Below, piece after piece: positions 59,438 to 64,000 of a stretch of 64,000 nucleotides of DNA (position 1 is the stretch's first letter; every line of letters begins with the position of its first letter). The position numbers and the translations under genes are program-made. The DNA lies in assembly GCA_902790415.1 (NCBI GenBank), contig CADARU010000002.1:62974-126973 (forward strand), in the 5' to 3' direction. The DNA comes from an uncultured Pseudomonadota bacterium (GTDB lineage: Bacteria; Pseudomonadota; Alphaproteobacteria; Rs-D84). The notes under the pieces were generated by a model. That model made no database searches. It was given only the letters and a program-made list of their open reading frames with translations, and was not told the origin of the DNA.

Positions 59438-59577
59438 CGCCAGACCAGTTTAAACGCAAAATATTTAATATTCAATAAAAACTTGATTTTTGCTTTATTT
59501 ATGGCAAAATATGGCCATAAACCGTCTGAAATGGCAAAGGCATTGCCATCAAGACATAAAAACCAAGAGGTTAAAAA

Positions 59578-59781
59578 ATGCCAAAATTAAAAACAAAGTC
59601 ATATATGAAAAAACGTGCATCTATGACTGCGACCGGTAAAATCCGCGTTGCCAGAAATGCTCACAAGAAACTGTTGCGTAAAAAATCTGCGCGTGCAAAC
59701 AACGCCGGGTCTAAACCGCAATATTTGAACGACAACATGGTTGGTCAGGCGAAAATCTTGGCACCATATGGTTTGAAATAA
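59578..59781 (+). CDS. rpmI: 50S ribosomal protein L35
   Basis: MPKLKTKS..KKR...T..GKI...NAHKKLL.KKS pattern. Upstream of rplT. Confidence 0.9.
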   Translation: MPKLKTKSYMKKRASMTATGKIRVARNAHKKLLRKKSARANNAGSKPQYLNDNMVGQAKILAPYGLK

Positions 59782-59793
59782 TGGGGGCACAAA

Positions 59794-60159
59794 ATGGCAA
59801 GAGTTAAACGTGGAACAACTGTTCGTCAAAAACATAATAAAATCTTGGAACGTGCCAAGGGTTATCTTGGCCGCCACAGCAGCACATATCGTGCGGCCCG
59901 TGAAAAATCAGAAAAGGCCGGACAATATGCGTATCGTGATCGCCGCGTGAAAAAACGTGATTTCCGCAGTTTGTGGATTGTTCGTATCAATGCCGCGGTT
60001 CGTGCCAATGGTATTACATACAGCCAATTTATGAACGGCTTGAAAAAGGCGGGTATTGAATTGGATCGCAAGGTTTTGGCCGAAATGGCATACGCAGGTG
60101 ATGCGAATTTCGCAGTGCTGGTTGAAACAGCAAAACGATTTATCAAGGGTTCTAAATAA
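59794..60159 (+). CDS. rplT: 50S ribosomal protein L20
   Basis: [23 protein letters not shown]...YR.A....[24 protein letters not shown]. Confidence 0.95.
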   Translation: MARVKRGTTVRQKHNKILERAKGYLGRHSSTYRAAREKSEKAGQYAYRDRRVKKRDFRSLWIVRINAAVRANGITYSQFMNGLKKAGIELDRKVLAEMAYAGDANFAVLVETAKRFIKGSK

Positions 60160-60197
60160 AACCCTTGGCGGCAAATCGTTTTTTGTTTATGATTATT

Positions 60198-60217
60198 GGG
60201 CCGTCGGTTGACGGCCC
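60198..60217 (+). terminator. GC-rich hairpin between rplT and pheS (weak terminator or attenuator)
   Basis: GGGCCGTC-GGTT-GACGGCCC. Only a weak T tract follows (ATGTTTAT). Confidence 0.4.
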
Positions 60218-60242
60218 ATGTTTATAGTAAAAGAGTAAAATT

Positions 60243-61196
60243 ATGTTAAAAGATAATATAAATAACGCAAAAACAGTCGAAGAATTACAAGAATTATATA
60301 CTGCGACATTTGGTAAAAACGGGACAATGACCGCAAAACTAAAAGAAATGAAAAATTTAGAGATGGACGCGCGTGCACAATTAAACCGCGAAAATACCGA
60401 ATTGCGTGAATTGTTCAAAACACGTCAGGCCGAATTAGAAAATGCGGCATTAAACGCGAAACTGGCCGGCGAATACATAGATGTTACGTTGGATGCCGAA
60501 CCAAAAAATCGCGGAACAATTCATCCAACAACCCAATCGTTCAAAGAAGCAGTGGCTATTTTTGAATCTATGGGATACACGTTGATGACTGGTCCAGAAA
60601 TTGAAGACGATTGGCATAATTTTACTGCATTGAATATGCCGGCATACCACCCCGCGCGCGATATGCAAGATACCTTCTTTTTACCAAATGGTAATGTTAT
60701 GCGCACACAGACCAGTGCGGTTCAAATTCGCGCAATGGAAAAACAGGGGGCGCCAATTAAAATGTTTTCTGTTGGCCAATGTTATCGCAAAGAATTAGAT
60801 GCAACACATTCTGCGATGTTCGACCAAATAGAAGGTTTATATGTAGACAAGGTTGAAAAAAAGATAACTTTATCTGATTTATTGGGAACAATGCGAACAT
60901 TTGCTTCAAAGTTTTTTGGACGCGAAATGGAATTGCGTATTCGTCCATCATATTTTCCGTTCACCGAACCTTCTATTGAAATAGACATGAAGTGGGGGGA
61001 TAGATGGATGGAATTGTTATGTGGTGGCATGGTTCATCCGAATGTTCTTAAAAATTGCGGTATTGACCCAAATGAATATCAGGGATTTGCCTTTGGTTTT
61101 GGTTGGTCCAGATTGGTAATGATGAAATATGGTCTGAACGATATTCGTGCATTTACCGATGGTGATGTTCGTTGGTTAAAAAATAGTGGTTTTTAA
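60243..61196 (+). CDS. pheS: phenylalanine--tRNA ligase alpha subunit
   Basis: HPARDMQDTFF, class II motifs FRKELDATHSAMFDQIEG and GFAFGFGWSRL. Confidence 0.95.
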   Translation: MLKDNINNAKTVEELQELYTATFGKNGTMTAKLKEMKNLEMDARAQLNRENTELRELFKTRQAELENAALNAKLAGEYIDVTLDAEPKNRGTIHPTTQSFKEAVAIFESMGYTLMTGPEIEDDWHNFTALNMPAYHPARDMQDTFFLPNGNVMRTQTSAVQIRAMEKQGAPIKMFSVGQCYRKELDATHSAMFDQIEGLYVDKVEKKITLSDLLGTMRTFASKFFGREMELRIRPSYFPFTEPSIEIDMKWGDRWMELLCGGMVHPNVLKNCGIDPNEYQGFAFGFGWSRLVMMKYGLNDIRAFTDGDVRWLKNSGF

Positions 61197-61211
61197 TAAA
61201 GGGGTAAAAAA

Positions 61212-63536
61212 ATGAAATGGTCTTATGAATGGTTAAAACAATATTTAAAAACCGATTTAACCCCAGAGCAAATCGCGGACACTTTAACCCGTATTGGTTT
61301 AGAGGTTGAAGATATAACAACACCCGTATTACCTATTGCGGCAAAAATCGTTGAATGTGTTGCGCACCCGGACAGTGATCATTTACATGTATTACAGGTT
61401 GATGATGGTTCTGGTAAATTACGCCAGGTCGTCTGTGGTGCACCAAATGCGCGCACAGGATTGGTTTCTGCGTTGGCGGTACCGGGTTGTGTCATCCAAG
61501 GACATGAAATACAACCTGGGAAATTGCGCGGTGTTGTATCAAATGGTATGATGTGCAGTGGCGCAGAGTTGGGTATAAATGATGACGATTCCGGAATTAT
61601 TGAATTAGATGAAAAAGCGGAAAAAATAGGTCAACCAATATCTGCATTGGCGGACAGCGCATCTGCAATACTTGAAACATCCATCACACCAAATAGACCA
61701 GATTATCTGGCAGTGCGTGGAATCGCATTGGATTTAAGTGCCGCTGGTGCCGGTAAATACACAGTGGACACAATCCAAGAGTTACCACTTGTTGCTGGTT
61801 CACGCAAGGTTAATTTGTTGGCAACTGATGCGTGTCCGACATACAGATTCTGTGAAATACATGGGATTAAAAACGTTCCGTCTAATCAAATAATCCAAAG
61901 ACGTTTGCATGCGGCGGGCATTAACCCGAAAAATGCAGCGGTTGATGCAACAAATTATATCTGTTATGATATGGCACAACCAATGCATTGTTTTGATGCC
62001 GATAAAATCGTTGGTAATATCACTGTGCGTATGGCGCAAGAAAATGAAAAATTTGTCGATTTGTTTGGAAATGAACATACATTAAATGAAAAAGATTTAG
62101 TGATATGTGATGATGCGGGTATTTTGGCCTTGGCCGGTGTTGTTGGTGGGGACAGGGCATCCACGACAAACGAAACCAAAAATATTATTTTAGAATCCGC
62201 GTATTTTAATCCTGTATCAGTACGTAAATCTGCAAAAAAAATTGGTTTATCCACAGATTCTTCTTACAGATATGAACGTGGTATAGATCCAAATGCATCT
62301 GCAATCGCATTAGCGTATGCCGCTAAAATAATTATAGATACCTGTGGTGGCGAGATTGTTAATGTATCTGTGGCAGGTCGCACATCCTATACACCGGAAT
62401 CTGTGCGTTATAACCCGTCTTTGTTTGAACAAAAGACAGGTGTAAAAATTGATGAAGAAACACAAAGAAAGATTTTAACAGATTTGCATTATGATATTAA
62501 AAACATGAAAAATGGTGATTGGTCAATAACCCCAATTTCATCACGTGTTGATGTTGTTATACCTGAAAATATTGTGTCCGATTTAATTCGCATGTATGGA
62601 TATGAAAAAGTCGGTCTGAATTATGTTCCTGAAAAAGTTGTACCTGTGGAACATAATGACTTGAATATTCCATTAAAAGAAAAATTGTCCAGATTAGGAT
62701 TAAATGAATCTATTAGTTTTGGTTTTGGAAACAGTAAATTAGAAAAAATATTAACAGATAAACCAATTGTAATGATTGCAAATCCTATATTAGTAGATAT
62801 GGATACGGCGCGAAACACATTGTTAGAAAATTTACTGGTTGCGGCGGAAAAGAACGAAAAACGCGGATTCCCAGATATGAACATGTTTGAAATGGGACCG
62901 GTGTTTGATGGTGATATGCCCGGTCAACAACATACTTCTATTTGTATTATTCGCACAGGCGCAACATCACCAAAACATTGGATGAAACGCAACAGACCGG
63001 TTGATGTTTTTGATGTTAAATCCGATTTAGTGTCATTGCTTGGCGCACAAAGATATACTATCGACACAACAGACGCACCGCTTTGGGCGCACCCATATCG
63101 TTATGGAAAAATTGTCCAAGGTAAAAAAGTACTGGCGGAATTTGGCGAATTACATCCATCGGTGGCAAAGCAAATGCATATAAAAACAAAAGTGTTTGTT
63201 GGAATTGTCGAAGATATTGAAAACCTGCCGAAAAATCCAAAGTATAAAAAAATACCTATGACAGATTTTCAGCCGATTACACGTGATTTCGCATTTATCG
63301 TGGACAATGATTTCCCATCAGAAAAAATTATATCTGTGGCGACATCGACAGATGCCCGAATAACAAATGCGGTTGTGTTTGATTCTTTTGCGATGTCTGA
63401 TGGTAAAAAATCGATTGCGTTCACATTGACGATTATTCCGACAGAAAATATGTCAGATGCCGATTTGTTAAAAATACAAAATTCGGTCATCGCCAATGTA
63501 GAAACCAAGTGCAATGCAAAAATTCGCGACAAATAA
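61212..63536 (+). CDS. pheT: phenylalanine--tRNA ligase beta subunit
   Basis: MKWSYEWLKQYL start, tRNA-binding OB domain, B3/4, B5 and a C-terminal FDX-ACB domain. 774 aa. Confidence 0.95.
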   Translation: MKWSYEWLKQYLKTDLTPEQIADTLTRIGLEVEDITTPVLPIAAKIVECVAHPDSDHLHVLQVDDGSGKLRQVVCGAPNARTGLVSALAVPGCVIQGHEIQPGKLRGVVSNGMMCSGAELGINDDDSGIIELDEKAEKIGQPISALADSASAILETSITPNRPDYLAVRGIALDLSAAGAGKYTVDTIQELPLVAGSRKVNLLATDACPTYRFCEIHGIKNVPSNQIIQRRLHAAGINPKNAAVDATNYICYDMAQPMHCFDADKIVGNITVRMAQENEKFVDLFGNEHTLNEKDLVICDDAGILALAGVVGGDRASTTNETKNIILESAYFNPVSVRKSAKKIGLSTDSSYRYERGIDPNASAIALAYAAKIIIDTCGGEIVNVSVAGRTSYTPESVRYNPSLFEQKTGVKIDEETQRKILTDLHYDIKNMKNGDWSITPISSRVDVVIPENIVSDLIRMYGYEKVGLNYVPEKVVPVEHNDLNIPLKEKLSRLGLNESISFGFGNSKLEKILTDKPIVMIANPILVDMDTARNTLLENLLVAAEKNEKRGFPDMNMFEMGPVFDGDMPGQQHTSICIIRTGATSPKHWMKRNRPVDVFDVKSDLVSLLGAQRYTIDTTDAPLWAHPYRYGKIVQGKKVLAEFGELHPSVAKQMHIKTKVFVGIVEDIENLPKNPKYKKIPMTDFQPITRDFAFIVDNDFPSEKIISVATSTDARITNAVVFDSFAMSDGKKSIAFTLTIIPTENMSDADLLKIQNSVIANVETKCNAKIRDK

Positions 63537-63563
63537 AAAAGCCGCCCATTTGGGCGGTTTTTT
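63536..63563 (+). terminator. intrinsic terminator after pheT
   Basis: GCCGCCC-ATTT-GGGCGGT followed by T6. Confidence 0.8.
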
Positions 63564-63578
63564 AATGATATAAAATCA

Positions 63579-63932
63579 TTATTTTTGATATGTTGAAACA
63601 ACGCGTCTTAGATATGCGATAGAGTTATCTTGCTCTTTATTTTGTAACAATCTTTTTTGTTCTTTGACAACGGATGCATCGTGTTGTTTAATAAATTTTT
63701 CACGACATTTGTTGTAAATTGTGGCGGCTTTGTCAAAAGATAAACTGTGTACGCCACCCCTGATGTGAATAACCGCGTATAATCCAACAACGGTTATTCC
63801 GAAAATTTTGGTTCCAGTATTATCAAATACATCAAAACCTTCACGTGTATCAACAACCAATGTATTCGGTGTTGTGTCAAGTATTTGGTTAATTAGTTCA
63901 AAAATTTGTTGTTCAAAAACAGTTTGAATCAT
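63579..63932 (-). CDS. hypothetical protein (117 aa)
   Basis: Intact ORF convergent with pheT. No recognisable motifs. Confidence 0.4.
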   Translation of the reverse strand: MIQTVFEQQIFELINQILDTTPNTLVVDTREGFDVFDNTGTKIFGITVVGLYAVIHIRGGVHSLSFDKAATIYNKCREKFIKQHDASVVKEQKRLLQNKEQDNSIAYLRRVVSTYQK

Positions 63933-64000
63933 TTTTTTGTCCTTTTTTGTGTTTAAAATCTAGCACAAAAAAGCCAAAAGTCAATTATTTTGCACCCTTG

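Noticed and set aside
59438-59577. Possible L20-binding translational operator upstream of rpmI (hairpin ATGGCAA-AGGCA-TTGCCAT).
   Set aside because: There is only one short hairpin. I could not derive the pseudoknot or the 23S-mimic structure known from E. coli or Bacillus leaders, so the evidence is too weak to report as a feature.

Overview
AT-rich chromosomal segment of a Gram-negative bacterium. Gene content and order suggest an alphaproteobacterium of the intracellular Rickettsiales/Holosporales type; this is inference, not verified. Core genes: lolCD, ftsQ/ftsA, tsaE, uvrB, aspS, ung, gyrB, lpxC/lpxK, ychF, dnaG, topA, rodA-mrdA-mreDC, rpmI-rplT-pheST, an unlisted rpmJ, and three tRNAs (Thr-GGT, elongator-type CAT, initiator fMet). 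Accessory blocks sit between them. (1) A pilin-less type IVb-pilus/T2SS-like operon at 33.5-38.0 kb, whose only secretin-like gene lies 30 kb away, fused to the lolCD operon. (2) Both tRNA(CAT) genes are followed by terminator-flanked, highly structured pseudo-tRNA 3' halves split in the T-loop by related hairpin-rich inserts. One sits next to an orphan T7-like tail-fibre gene. The other heads an AT-rich islet with three GNATs, an ART-like protein and lrgAB. (3) An orphan virB3-virB4-HExxH module lies beside an intergenic array of about 11 copies of a TTTT(C)AACAA motif. (4) Two giant multidomain surface-glycan enzymes and a trimeric autotransporter adhesin. (5) A RusA-like two-gene module. 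Gene-level oddities: ftsA is fused in frame to an rpe-like domain, and the uvrB UVR domain is out of frame at a T5 run. I saw no rRNA, CRISPR array, integrase or transposase gene. All protein calls come from reading motifs in the supplied translations; no database search was run.
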